Shown here: piece by piece, positions 35,114 through 46,262 of the stretch
Layout: each line of letters begins with the position of its first letter
Numbering within the stretch: position 1 is the first letter of the stretch
Origin: Synechococcus sp.
GTDB taxonomy: Bacteria > Cyanobacteriota > Cyanobacteriia > PCC-6307 > Cyanobiaceae
Direction of reading: 5' to 3'
DNA length: 64,000 nucleotides
Assembly: GCA_047285805.1 (NCBI GenBank)
Contig: JBJBCN010000003.1
Span: 416,001-480,000, forward strand
Made by a program: the position numbers and the translations under genes
Notes under the pieces: model-generated
The model's database searches: none
Told to the model about the DNA's origin: nothing
The model's input: the letters and a program-made list of their open reading frames with translations, nothing else

Positions 35114-36883
35114 TTGAGTTCGACCAGGGAGCTTCTCCTCGGGATCGCTGGTCACCTCAGTGCGAGGCGGAAGCGACAGCTTGTTCTGCTGAGCTTGGTC
35201 ACATTGGCTTCCGCCGTCGCCGAGCTTTTCTCTTTGGGATCTGTACTGCCTTTTTTGGCGGTGCTTACTGAGCCTGAGCAGATCTGGAATTCTCGCTGGA
35301 TTCAGCAGTTAGCCCCGAAGCTTGGTTGGAGTTCTGCTTCTGAGCTCCTTGTACCTGCTGCTGGGATTTTTGCCTTTGCTGCAGTTACAGCTGCCTTAAT
35401 TCGTTTGGCCAATCTTTGGTTGGGGGGGCAACTCGCTGCTGCCATTGGCTCTGATCTGAGCTGTGAAGCCTACCGAAAGACGCTTTATCAGCCTTATTCC
35501 GTCCATGTAAAGCGCAACAGCAGTGCGGTCATTAATTCAGTGACTGGTCAAGTTGGTACAACGGTTGCGGCGATTAATCTCGTTCTTAAGACCAGTACCT
35601 CAACACTGGTTGCGATCTCCTTGTTAGTTGGTTTGCTTTGGATTGACTGGGCAGTTGCGTTGAGTGCGGTTTGCTTGTTTGGGGGTTCGTACACCCTCAT
35701 CGGCTTTTTTAGTCGTCGAGCCCTCTTGATTAATGGACGCATTATTAACGATTCAAGAGCCGAAGTACTTAAGTCTCTTCAGGAGGGGCTTGGCGCTATT
35801 CGTGATGTGATTTTGGATGGCACACACGACCTTTATTTGGATGTCTATGGACGTTCCGATTGGCCTCAGCGTCAGCATAAGGCGAAAAATGAGTTTCTTT
35901 CTATCTTTCCCCGATTCTGTCTCGAGGCATTGGGTTTGATTGCGATTGCCATTTTGGCAACCGTCTTGACTGTTCAGAAAGGCGGAGGTGCAGCGGCTTT
36001 GCCAGTTCTTGGTGCTTTTGCTTTAGGCGCTCAAAGGCTCTTGCCTGTGATGCAGCAAGCATATTCAGGCTGGTCAAGCCTTAAGGGTTTCTCGACTGAT
36101 TTAGAAGGGGTTTTGAAAATACTCGACCAGCCATTGCCTCCAGCATTAAAGATTGCAGCCAAGTTTTCCTTTAGGGCTGGTGTTGTTTTTAGTGGTGTTG
36201 GTTTCTCGTATGGGGAGGAAACCGCACGAGTCTTGAAAGATGTGTCTATTGGGATCGATCTTGGTCAACGTGTTGGATTCATTGGCTCGACCGGCAGTGG
36301 TAAAAGCACTGTTGTCGATTTGCTGATGGGCTTGTTGTCTCCAACGCAAGGTCAAATTCTTGTAGACGGACTTGATCTTCATGACCCTGGTCATCCCGAG
36401 CGGCTTTTAGCCTGGCGCTCAGCGATAGCACATGTTCCACAAAGCATTTATCTGGCTGATAGCTCCATCGCAGAAAACATTGCCTTTGGGGTTTCGAAAG
36501 AGAAAATCGACTTTGACCGTGTCCGATTGGCTGCGCAGCAAGCTCAGATCGCATCGTTTATCGAAGCGAGCCCTGACGGGTACGCCACTTTTGTTGGTGA
36601 GCGAGGGATTCGTCTCAGCGGTGGCCAGCGGCAGCGACTTGGGATTGCTCGGGCTCTCTACAAACAGGCTCAAGTCTTGATACTGGATGAAGCGACGAGC
36701 GCCTTGGATAACGCCACCGAGCAGGCGGTGATGAATGCGATCAATCAACTGGATCGCAATCTCACCGTCGTGATGATTGCCCACCGGTTGAGCACTGTCG
36801 CGAAATGTGATCACGTCATCCGTTTGGACCATGGGCATGTTGTTGCTGACGGACCGCCATCAGAGGTTTTGCCCCAGGCTTGA
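35114..36883 (+). CDS. ABC exporter, fused TMD-NBD (MsbA/PglK-like, probably glycan or lipid export)
   Basis: N-terminal TM helices, GSTGSGKS, LSGGQRQR, ILDEATSALD, IAHRLST. Confidence 0.9.
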   Translation: MSSTRELLLGIAGHLSARRKRQLVLLSLVTLASAVAELFSLGSVLPFLAVLTEPEQIWNSRWIQQLAPKLGWSSASELLVPAAGIFAFAAVTAALIRLANLWLGGQLAAAIGSDLSCEAYRKTLYQPYSVHVKRNSSAVINSVTGQVGTTVAAINLVLKTSTSTLVAISLLVGLLWIDWAVALSAVCLFGGSYTLIGFFSRRALLINGRIINDSRAEVLKSLQEGLGAIRDVILDGTHDLYLDVYGRSDWPQRQHKAKNEFLSIFPRFCLEALGLIAIAILATVLTVQKGGGAAALPVLGAFALGAQRLLPVMQQAYSGWSSLKGFSTDLEGVLKILDQPLPPALKIAAKFSFRAGVVFSGVGFSYGEETARVLKDVSIGIDLGQRVGFIGSTGSGKSTVVDLLMGLLSPTQGQILVDGLDLHDPGHPERLLAWRSAIAHVPQSIYLADSSIAENIAFGVSKEKIDFDRVRLAAQQAQIASFIEASPDGYATFVGERGIRLSGGQRQRLGIARALYKQAQVLILDEATSALDNATEQAVMNAINQLDRNLTVVMIAHRLSTVAKCDHVIRLDHGHVVADGPPSEVLPQA

Positions 36884-38034
36884 GAGTTCCAACCTCTTTG
36901 AGTGCCGACGAGGCATCTGTTCTGCGCCACAAGCTTTTGAGTTGGTGGCACGCTCATGGCCGCCACGACATTCCTTGGAAGCGCTCCGCTCAGGGTGTCT
37001 TGCCCAAGCGTGGTGAGGAGCTGAATCTCTATCCGATCTGGGTCGCGGAGGTCATGCTTCAGCAGACCCAGCTGCAAGTCGTTCTGCCCTACTGGCGGCG
37101 CTGGATGGAGAGATTCCCAACGCTGCAATCCTTGGCCGCTGCGGATGAACAGGAGGTTCTTCTGCTTTGGCAGGGCCTTGGCTACTACTCCCGAGCCCGC
37201 CGGTTGCATCAAGGAGCGCAGCAGTGGGCGGCGCGTCCTGGTCTCGCTTGGCCACGAGACTTGGAGACCTGGTTGACCCTGCCGGGTATCGGTCTGAGTA
37301 CCGCCGGCAGCATTCTCTCCTCGGCGTTTGATCTGCCGTTCCCAATTCTGGACGGCAATGTCAAACGGGTTCTCTCCCGCCTGATCGCCAGTGCTCAGCC
37401 GCCCATGCGCAACAGCAAAGCGCTCTGGCAGTTGAGTGCTGTACTCCTAGATCCTAAGCAGCCCCGCTCCTTCAACCAAGCCCTGATGGATCTGGGGGCC
37501 ACGGTCTGCACTCCCAAGAGCCCCAGCTGCCCACAGTGCCCTTGGATCGAGCAGTGCGCTGCCTACGCTTCCGGCGATCCAGCCGCCTATCCCGTGAAGG
37601 AAGCCCCGCGAGAATTGCCCTTTCAGGTCATCGGCGTAGGCGTGGTGCTCAACGACGCCGGCGAGGTGTTGATTGATCAGCGCCTGAATGAGGGTCTGCT
37701 GGGCGGGCTCTGGGAGTTCCCGGGGGGGAAGCAGGAACCTGGCGAGGCCATTGAGGCCACAATTTGCCGCGAGTTGCAGGAGGAGCTAGCGATTGAGGTC
37801 GACGTCCGGGAAGAGTTGATCAGCCTGGATCACGCCTACAGCCACAAGCGACTGCGGTTTGTTGTGCACCTCTGCCAGTGGCGCGCAGGTGAGCCGCAGC
37901 CCTTGGCCTCATTGCAGGTGCGTTGGGTGAAGCCCCTCCAGCTCAGCGATTTTCCCTTCCCAGCAGCTAATGCACGGATCATTGCCGCATTACTGGAGCG
38001 TCTCCACCCTGAGGAGGGACCCGACGCGGCATGA
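36880..38034 (+). CDS. mutY: A/G-specific adenine glycosylase with C-terminal Nudix (MutT-like) domain
   Basis: EVMLQQT, WQGLGYYSRAR, LPGIG, LDGNV, CX6CX2CX5C, WEFPGGK...RELQEEL. Confidence 0.93.
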   Translation: MRVPTSLSADEASVLRHKLLSWWHAHGRHDIPWKRSAQGVLPKRGEELNLYPIWVAEVMLQQTQLQVVLPYWRRWMERFPTLQSLAAADEQEVLLLWQGLGYYSRARRLHQGAQQWAARPGLAWPRDLETWLTLPGIGLSTAGSILSSAFDLPFPILDGNVKRVLSRLIASAQPPMRNSKALWQLSAVLLDPKQPRSFNQALMDLGATVCTPKSPSCPQCPWIEQCAAYASGDPAAYPVKEAPRELPFQVIGVGVVLNDAGEVLIDQRLNEGLLGGLWEFPGGKQEPGEAIEATICRELQEELAIEVDVREELISLDHAYSHKRLRFVVHLCQWRAGEPQPLASLQVRWVKPLQLSDFPFPAANARIIAALLERLHPEEGPDAA

Positions 38035-38037
38035 TCG

Positions 38038-39039
38038 ATGAATCCAGCCCCGAAGGTGATTTGTCTGGGCGAGGCCCTGGTGGATCGATTAGGGCCCCTG
38101 GGCGGAGATCCAGCGACGGCACCACTGGATCAGTGCGATGACCGATTGGGAGGGGCTCCGGCGAATGTTGCCTGTGCCTTGGCACGTTTAGGAACCCCCT
38201 CGGCGTTCGTGGGTCGGTTGGGATGGGATGCCATTGGGGAGGCCTTCGAACGGTTGATGGCGAGCCGGGGCGTGGGGCTCGTCGGGTTGCAACGGGATGC
38301 CACGCGCCCCAGTCGCGTTGTTTTGGTGCGGCGCTACGCCGACGGGGAAAGGGTCTTCCAGGGATTTGCTGGCGATCAAGGTCAGGGGTTTTCGGATCAG
38401 GCCCTGGATTGCTCAGCGCTGCAAGCGGCTTGGCCCGCCATAGCGGCTCAAGCCCAGTGGCTCCTGGTGGGTACGATTCCGCTAGCCACAGAGCCATCCG
38501 CTGAAAGCCTGCGCTGGGCCGTGGATCAGGCAAAGGGCGCAGGCGTGCGGATTGCCTTGGATGTCAATTGGCGCCCCACCTTCTGGGATGAACGCCGCGA
38601 TCCCTCTGCTGGTCCGGACGCGGCAGCCTTGAGCGCCATGCAATCTGTGGTGGCTGCGGCATCGCTCCTCAAGCTGGCTAAGGAAGAGGCTCTCTGGCTG
38701 TTTGGCAGTGCTGATCCGAGCGTGATCTCAGCGGGTCTTCCCCAAGCCCCCGATGTGGTGGTCACCGATGGCAGGAACCCAGTGCGTTGGCATTTAGGTC
38801 TCGAGTCCGGGGTGCTTGAAGCCTTGGCCCCCCCCCAGGTAGTGGACACCACGGGAGCGGGTGATGCCTTCAGTTCCGCTCTGCTGCACCAGCTAGTGCA
38901 GCAGAGCGGAGCGCAGCCTGTGCCCCCTGAGCAGATGCTGCGTTTTGCCGCCGCCTGTGGTGCCTTGGTCTGTGGGGGAGCAGGGGCGATCGATCCCCAG
39001 CCCGATGCGGCTGCGGTGCTGGAATTTCTGCAGCGCTAG
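38038..39039 (+). CDS. PfkB family carbohydrate kinase (fructokinase-like)
   Basis: GEALVD, GGAPANVA, DVNWRP, VDTTGAGDAF. Confidence 0.92.
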   Translation: MNPAPKVICLGEALVDRLGPLGGDPATAPLDQCDDRLGGAPANVACALARLGTPSAFVGRLGWDAIGEAFERLMASRGVGLVGLQRDATRPSRVVLVRRYADGERVFQGFAGDQGQGFSDQALDCSALQAAWPAIAAQAQWLLVGTIPLATEPSAESLRWAVDQAKGAGVRIALDVNWRPTFWDERRDPSAGPDAAALSAMQSVVAAASLLKLAKEEALWLFGSADPSVISAGLPQAPDVVVTDGRNPVRWHLGLESGVLEALAPPQVVDTTGAGDAFSSALLHQLVQQSGAQPVPPEQMLRFAAACGALVCGGAGAIDPQPDAAAVLEFLQR

Positions 39040-39488
39040 CGTTGCAGCCGGGCCAGCCTTCCAGCATCGGGATCGTCAGGATCCAGCAGGTCCAAGTGCA
39101 GGGTCCAGGCGTCCTCGGGCTGAAAGCTCAGGCGTTCGGGCCACTCCACAGCCATCAAGGCGCCGAGCGCTTGGGCCTCCTCCTCTTCTTGGCAGAAGAG
39201 CTCATCAGCGGAGGCACTCTGCTCGAGGCGATAGAGGTCGAGATGGACCAAGGCGGCGGCCTGTCCTTGGTAGTGCTGCGCTAATGCAAAGGTCGGGCTG
39301 GTGATGGATTCATCGATCTCGAGAGCAAGGGCAATCCCTTGCACCAGAGAGGTTTTGCCGGCTCCCAAATCCCCCTCCAGCAAGAGGATGGGCCTGGGCT
39401 GCGGTAGCGCGAGCCAGTCCATGGCTAGTTGGCGGCCAAGGTTCTGGGTGGCCGTCGCATCCGCTAACTGCACGCCTTGTTGTTGCAT
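39036..39488 (-). CDS. tsaE: tRNA threonylcarbamoyladenosine biosynthesis ATPase
   Basis: [27 protein letters not shown]. Confidence 0.94.
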   Translation of the reverse strand: MQQQGVQLADATATQNLGRQLAMDWLALPQPRPILLLEGDLGAGKTSLVQGIALALEIDESITSPTFALAQHYQGQAAALVHLDLYRLEQSASADELFCQEEEEAQALGALMAVEWPERLSFQPEDAWTLHLDLLDPDDPDAGRLARLQR

Positions 39489-39604
39489 CGTCACTAGATT
39501 GGGACCAAGCGAGCCCGAAGCCTCGGCGTCTCTGCAGATATTCCACACCTCTTGCCAAGCCACGGTCTGGGCTGGCGAGGGCTTTCACCACAAGAACATC
39601 AACC

Positions 39605-41032
<1,428 letters not shown>

Positions 41033-41046
41033 GCCCGGGTACAACA

Positions 41047-41070
41047 AAGCCCCTCATCAAGAGGGGCTTC
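41047..41070. terminator. Stem-loop between convergent ahcY and ssb
   Basis: AAGCCCCTC-ATCAA-GAGGGGCTT. Confidence 0.55.
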
Positions 41071-41123
41071 CCATCCCGAAGCCTGGTCTGAAATGGACCG
41101 GGATTTTTTGCGCTTGAGGCTCC

Positions 41124-41513
41124 TTAGAACGGCACTTCGTCTTCGCTGGGGGCGCCGCCACCGAAGCTGCCACCGCCATAGCCATTGGACTCGGCGTCAC
41201 GCTTGGAGCCCAGCAGTTCGAGGCGATCGACGCGGACCACGGGCTTGCTGCGCTCCTCACCGCTGTTGCGGTCCGTCCAGCGGTCCAGCTTGAAGCTGCC
41301 GATGATGCCGAGGAGGGAGCCTTTGCGGACGTAGTCGGCGGCCACCTGGGCCTGCTTCCCCCAGATCTCCAGGTTGAACCAGTCGGGCTCGTCGTTGTTG
41401 CTGCGGCGATTCACCGCAATGGTCAGGTTGGCCACCATGCTGCCGGACTCGAAGTAGCGCACTTCGGGGTCACGGCCAGCTCGGCCGACCAGGGTGACGG
41501 AATTGACGCCCAT
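41124..41513 (-). CDS. ssb: Single-stranded DNA-binding protein
   Basis: NSVTLVGRAGRDPEVRY, acidic tail EDEVPF. Confidence 0.95.
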   Translation of the reverse strand: MGVNSVTLVGRAGRDPEVRYFESGSMVANLTIAVNRRSNNDEPDWFNLEIWGKQAQVAADYVRKGSLLGIIGSFKLDRWTDRNSGEERSKPVVRVDRLELLGSKRDAESNGYGGGSFGGGAPSEDEVPF

Positions 41514-41695
41514 GGCGTTCTCCTGCGTTTGCGTTGGATTAATGATGCAGGCCCCGGGAGGGGAGCATCGAGGTGAGAGTTCCACCCTTTGCCCCGGATG
41601 CGTCACCACTGCCGTACAACCCCAGTTGCGGCTTGGGTCTTGCAGGGTGTCAGATCGCAGGATCTACCTATGCTTTGACGGGGTTGGGGGCGTCT

Positions 41696-42742
41696 GTGTT
41701 CTTCAAACGTTTCCAGCTGTCCCGCGACATCGGCATTGATCTCGGGACGGCGAACACCCTGATGTACATCAGCGGTAAGGGGATCGTCCTGCAGGAACCC
41801 TCCGTCGTGGCGATTGACCTGGACCGGGGGGTGCTCCTGACGGTGGGTGACGAGGCCAAGCTGATGCTGGGCCGCACCCCTGGAAACATCCGCGCGGTGC
41901 GCCCTCTCCGTGATGGCGTTATCGCTGATTTCGACGCTGCCGAGCAGATGATCAAGACCTTCATTCAGAAAGGGAATCAGGGCCGTGGCGTCGTGGCGCC
42001 CCGTTTGGTCATCGGCATCCCCAGTGGTGTGACCGGTGTCGAGCGCCGCGCGGTGCGCGAAGCCGGCTTGGCGGGGGCCCGCAATGTTCATTTGATTGAG
42101 GAGCCCGTCGCGGCCGCGATAGGGGCGGGTCTACCGGTCACTGAGCCCGTGGGCACGATGATTGTCGATATCGGCGGCGGCACCACGGAGGTGGCCGTGC
42201 TGTCACTGAGTGGAACGGTGCTCAGTGAGTCTGTGCGGGTCGCCGGCGATGAGCTCAGCGATTCGATCAGCTCTTATCTCAAAAAGGTGCACAACCTGGT
42301 TGTTGGCGAGCGGACCGCTGAGGAGATCAAGATCCGGATTGGTTCGGCGTTCCCCGACGACGCTCACGACGAGTCGAAAATGGATGTCCGGGGTTTGCAC
42401 CTGCTCTCGGGCTTGCCCCGCACGATTCCCGTGTGCGCCGGAGATATCCGCGAGGCGATGGCGGAACCCCTCAACGTGATCGTCGAGGCCGTGAAGCGGA
42501 CCTTGGAGCGCACGCCTCCGGAGTTGGCGGCCGACATCGTCGACCGGGGCATCGTGCTAGCAGGCGGCGGCGCTTTGGTCCGCGGTATCACCGACCTGAT
42601 TAGCCACGAGACCGGGATCTTGGTGCACATCGCTGACGACCCCTTGCTTTGTGTGGTCAACGGTTGTGGCCGCGTGATCGAGGACTACCAGCGCCTTGAG
42701 CGGGTGCTCGATACTCCTGACTTCAGCAGGCTGAGCACGTGA
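41696..42742 (+). CDS. mreB: Rod shape-determining protein MreB
   Basis: DIGIDLGTANT, RPLRDGVIADF, EEPVAAAIGAG, DIGGGTTE, AGGGAL. GTG start inferred. Confidence 0.97.
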   Translation: MFFKRFQLSRDIGIDLGTANTLMYISGKGIVLQEPSVVAIDLDRGVLLTVGDEAKLMLGRTPGNIRAVRPLRDGVIADFDAAEQMIKTFIQKGNQGRGVVAPRLVIGIPSGVTGVERRAVREAGLAGARNVHLIEEPVAAAIGAGLPVTEPVGTMIVDIGGGTTEVAVLSLSGTVLSESVRVAGDELSDSISSYLKKVHNLVVGERTAEEIKIRIGSAFPDDAHDESKMDVRGLHLLSGLPRTIPVCAGDIREAMAEPLNVIVEAVKRTLERTPPELAADIVDRGIVLAGGGALVRGITDLISHETGILVHIADDPLLCVVNGCGRVIEDYQRLERVLDTPDFSRLST

Positions 42743-42747
42743 AACCG

Positions 42748-43485
42748 ATGGCTGGCCGCATTCTTCGTGTCCCCCTGCTGCAAAAGCTCCTGCAGGCCTG
42801 GCCCTGGTGGCTCCTGCTCGCGGCGTTGGCTGGGGTACGCCTGACTAAGGGGGCGGGCGTGCTGGATGCCTACGCCCTGCTGAGCCGTCCGTTTTGGCCG
42901 GGCCCAGCCCAGTCGGAATGGCTGCGCTCCGCCCAGCAGTTGGACCAGCAAACCCGGCTCCAACAGCTCGAGAGAGATAACGCTCGCTTGCGCGGGTTGA
43001 TTGCTCTGGATCAAGCCAAGGGTGCGCGCGTCTCGGCTCCGGTGATTTCCCGTCAGGCCTACGGGTGGTGGCAGCAGTTGGAGTTGGGTAAGGGCAGCCT
43101 GCAGGGGGTGCGTGTTGGCTCGGCTGTTCTGGCTCCAGGTGGGCTGATTGGTCGCGTGGCCAGCATCACCCCCACCACTGCCCGTGTCGCGCTGTTGACC
43201 AACAGCACCAGTCGCCTCGGCGTTTGGGTCCCGCGGGTCAAGCGCCACGGACTGTTGATTGGCGGCGATACGCCCCGGCCGCGGCTGGAGTTCCTCGATA
43301 AGGACACCGGGGTGCGCCCTGGGGATGTGGTGACCACGTCGCCGGCCAGCACCTTGCTGCCGCCCAACCTCACCGTCGGCGTTGTGCAGAGCGTCGATGA
43401 AGAGTTGGTCCCTGCCCCCGATGCCGTCGTTCAGCTGAGTGCACCGATCGACGCGGTCGATTGGGTCCAGTTGGTGTCCCGTTAG
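42748..43485 (+). CDS. mreC: Rod shape-determining protein MreC
   Basis: Coiled coil LERDNARLR, GKGS..GV, GLIGRV, GDVVTTS. Follows mreB. Confidence 0.9.
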   Translation: MAGRILRVPLLQKLLQAWPWWLLLAALAGVRLTKGAGVLDAYALLSRPFWPGPAQSEWLRSAQQLDQQTRLQQLERDNARLRGLIALDQAKGARVSAPVISRQAYGWWQQLELGKGSLQGVRVGSAVLAPGGLIGRVASITPTTARVALLTNSTSRLGVWVPRVKRHGLLIGGDTPRPRLEFLDKDTGVRPGDVVTTSPASTLLPPNLTVGVVQSVDEELVPAPDAVVQLSAPIDAVDWVQLVSR

Positions 43486-43487
43486 CC

Positions 43488-43982
43488 ATGGCTGGCTTGC
43501 ATCGCCATGGCCTCAGCGTGGCCTCTGCTTTGGCTGTCCCGGCGTTGACCTTGCTGTCCCCGGGCTGGTTAAACCTTGATGGTGTCTCTCCCAGCTGGGC
43601 CGTGCTTTGGCTGTTGCCCTGGGCCTTGGCGGATGGTCCGTTGTCCGGGGCGTTTGCGGGTTTGGCCTTGGGACTGTTGCTCGATGGTTTGCATGTCGGC
43701 CATGTCACCCAGCTGCCGGCCTTGGTGCTGTTGGGCTGGTGGTGGGGCCGTTTGGGCCGGCAGGGCAGTCCGATTGAGCGCAGCTTCAATTTGGGGCTAC
43801 TGGCGGCCCTCGGCAGCCTGCTCTTGGGGGGCAGTTTTCTGTTGCAGTGGCAGTTCCTTGGCGTTCTGTCGGAGGGTGGCTTGCAGCTGCTGGCTGCTCA
43901 GGCTTTGATCACGGCCTTGCTGGCACCCCTGATTTGTTCGCTGTTGCTGCTGCGTTGGCGAAAACAGCTCTCCGCCCGGTGA
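43488..43982 (+). CDS. mreD: Rod shape-determining protein MreD
   Basis: Hydrophobic multi-TM protein after mreC, GLLLDGL. Confidence 0.75.
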   Translation: MAGLHRHGLSVASALAVPALTLLSPGWLNLDGVSPSWAVLWLLPWALADGPLSGAFAGLALGLLLDGLHVGHVTQLPALVLLGWWWGRLGRQGSPIERSFNLGLLAALGSLLLGGSFLLQWQFLGVLSEGGLQLLAAQALITALLAPLICSLLLLRWRKQLSAR

Positions 43983-45304
43983 TGAGGAGACCTCAACGTC
44001 TTGTCGCCGCGTTGTTGGCGGCCGCGGCCATTGCAGGTGTGCTATCGGCCTGTGCCCCGGCTCGACGCGAGGCCACAGAGCGCCAAGCGATCCAGTTTTG
44101 GACCTTGGATTTGTCCCCCAAATTCAATGACTACCTCAACGACGTCATTGCCCTATGGGAGCAGCAGAACCCTGGCTATGACGTGGTTTGGACTGATGTT
44201 CCCTGGGGCTCGGTCGAGAGAAAGCTGCTCGCGGCGGTGTTTGCACGTACAGCCCCCGATGTGGTGAACCTTAATCCGCTCTTCGCCGCCAATTTGGCCA
44301 GCAAAGGAGGTCTTCAGCCCCTTGAGCCGCTGCTGCCCCAGCGCTCTTCAACGACCTTTCTGCCGCAGATCTGGCAAGCCGGCCAAAGCGCCGCGCCCGA
44401 TGGGCAGTCGCAGCAGTTCGCCATTCCTTGGTATTTGACGGCTCGCATCACCCTGGCCAACACGCAGATCCTGAGTGAGGCCGGCTACGGCGCGCCCCCG
44501 CGCACCTGGGCCGAAGTGCCTTCCTACGCTGAAGCCGTAAAACGCCGTACGGGTCGCTACGCGCTCTTTGTCACGGTCGTTCCCGAGGACTCCGCCGAAC
44601 TGCTGGAGTCCCTGGTTCAGATGGGGGTGACGCTGCTGGATGAGCGTCAGCGGGCTGCGTTCAATACGCCGGCGGGGCGACGGGCGTTTGCCTTCTGGAG
44701 CGACCTGTATCGCCGTGGCTTGCTGCCCCGCGAGGTGGTCAGCCAGGGTTACCGGCGGGCGATTGAGCTCTACCAAAGCGGTGAACTGGCCCAGGTAGGT
44801 AGTGGAGCGGAGTTCCTGCGAAGCATCCAAACCAATGCGCCGCAGGTGGCCGCGGCCACCCGTCCCTATCCGCCCCTTACGGGGGCCAATGGTGCTGCCA
44901 ATGTCGCGGTGATGACCCTGGCGATTCCCCGCCAAAGCAAGGTGGCTGAGCCGGCGACTCGCTTCGCCCTGTTCCTGACCAACGCCAGCAACCAGGTTCG
45001 CTTTGCGGAGCAGGCTCGGGTGCTTCCCTCCTCCATCGGAGCGCTGCATCAGGTCGAGGTGGCGCTGGAGGCGGAGCAACCGGCATCGCAGCCGGAGCAA
45101 TTGGTGCGTCAGGCCCGTTTGCTCTCGGCTCAAACCTTGTCTTCGGCTCGGGTTCTCGTGCCGGCAAGTCCTGGCGTGAAGCGTCTTCAGGCCATCGTCT
45201 ACACCCAGCTCCAGCGGGCGATGTTGGGTCAGGTCGGCAGCGACGCGGCCTTGGCTGAGGCCGAGCGTCAGTGGAACGCCTATGCGGCGGGTCGTTGGCC
45301 CTAG
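43982..45304 (+). CDS. Sugar ABC transporter substrate-binding lipoprotein
   Basis: Lipobox LSAC, FWT, PDVVNLNP, IPWY. Resembles extracellular solute-binding family 1. Confidence 0.82.
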   Translation: MRRPQRLVAALLAAAAIAGVLSACAPARREATERQAIQFWTLDLSPKFNDYLNDVIALWEQQNPGYDVVWTDVPWGSVERKLLAAVFARTAPDVVNLNPLFAANLASKGGLQPLEPLLPQRSSTTFLPQIWQAGQSAAPDGQSQQFAIPWYLTARITLANTQILSEAGYGAPPRTWAEVPSYAEAVKRRTGRYALFVTVVPEDSAELLESLVQMGVTLLDERQRAAFNTPAGRRAFAFWSDLYRRGLLPREVVSQGYRRAIELYQSGELAQVGSGAEFLRSIQTNAPQVAAATRPYPPLTGANGAANVAVMTLAIPRQSKVAEPATRFALFLTNASNQVRFAEQARVLPSSIGALHQVEVALEAEQPASQPEQLVRQARLLSAQTLSSARVLVPASPGVKRLQAIVYTQLQRAMLGQVGSDAALAEAERQWNAYAAGRWP

Positions 45305-45418
45305 TCCGGCCTTGAGAAATCCTTAAGACTCAGTCCGCTTAGCTCAGGTCGCCTGCACATGGCTATCGCCATGAGCGCTCTGAGAGCTAATGTTGCTCTT
45401 CTTCACGCTGTGTAGTGC

Positions 45419-46225
45419 ATGCCGCTCGACGAGCAGCAACGACAGAGTGATGCCTCATCTGTCGAGGCTTCGTCAGAGCTGTGCGCCACCGTGATGGTGG
45501 TTGATGACGAGCCGGCCGTGCGTCGCGTGCTGGTCATGCGTCTCCAGCTGGCCGGTTACAAGGTGGTCTGCGCCGAGGACGGCGAAGAAGCGCTCACCCT
45601 GTTCCACAAAGAGCAGCCCGACCTGGTGGTGCTCGATGTGATGCTCCCGAAGCTCGATGGCTTCGCGGTTTGCCGGCGTTTGCGGGCTGAGTCCTGCGTG
45701 CCGATCATTTTTCTCTCGGCCCTGGATGCGATTGCCGAGCGGGTGGCGGGGTTGGATCTGGGGGCTGACGACTATCTGCCCAAGCCCTTCAGTCCCAAGG
45801 AGCTGGAAGCGCGGATTGCCACGATTCTTCGGCGGTTGGGCCGCGGTTCGGCCATCAACGAGCCCCGTGATGTTTCCGCCGGGCAAGGAGTGCTTCGGGT
45901 TGGCGACCTGGTGGTCGACACCAACCGTCGTCAGGTCACCCGTGATGGTGAGCGCATTGGTCTGACCTATACAGAGTTCAGCCTGCTCGAGCTGCTGTTC
46001 CGGGAGCCTGGACGGGTGGTTCCTCGCGCCGAGATCCTTGAGCAGCTCTGGGGTTATCCGCCGCGCCGCGCTGCTGATCTGCGGGTTGTTGACGTCTATG
46101 TGGCCCGTCTGCGGGGCAAGCTCGAGCCCGATCCCCGCAACCCAGAGTTGATCCTGACCGTGCGCGGTACGGGCTACGCCTCCCAGCGCATTGGTGAGAA
46201 CGCCCCTATGGCGGCAGCCAGCTGA
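45419..46225 (+). CDS. srrA: OmpR-family response regulator (RpaB paralog, SrrA-like)
   Basis: VVDDE, LDVMLP, KPFSPKELEARI, LTYTEFSLLE, VVDVYVARLRGKLEPDP..PELILTVRGTGY. Confidence 0.75.
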   Translation: MPLDEQQRQSDASSVEASSELCATVMVVDDEPAVRRVLVMRLQLAGYKVVCAEDGEEALTLFHKEQPDLVVLDVMLPKLDGFAVCRRLRAESCVPIIFLSALDAIAERVAGLDLGADDYLPKPFSPKELEARIATILRRLGRGSAINEPRDVSAGQGVLRVGDLVVDTNRRQVTRDGERIGLTYTEFSLLELLFREPGRVVPRAEILEQLWGYPPRRAADLRVVDVYVARLRGKLEPDPRNPELILTVRGTGYASQRIGENAPMAAAS

Positions 46226-46262
46226 TCCTGCAGGATGGCCCAACGCTGATTGATTCGGTCTT

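Noticed and set aside
39490..39604. Canonical SAH or SAM riboswitch before ahcY
   Set aside because: The consensus elements could not be matched by eye, so it is kept only as a low-interest structured leader.
45305..45335. HLR1-like repeat upstream of srrA (CTTGAGA...CTTAAGA)
   Set aside because: Too degenerate to support without a PWM or alignment.
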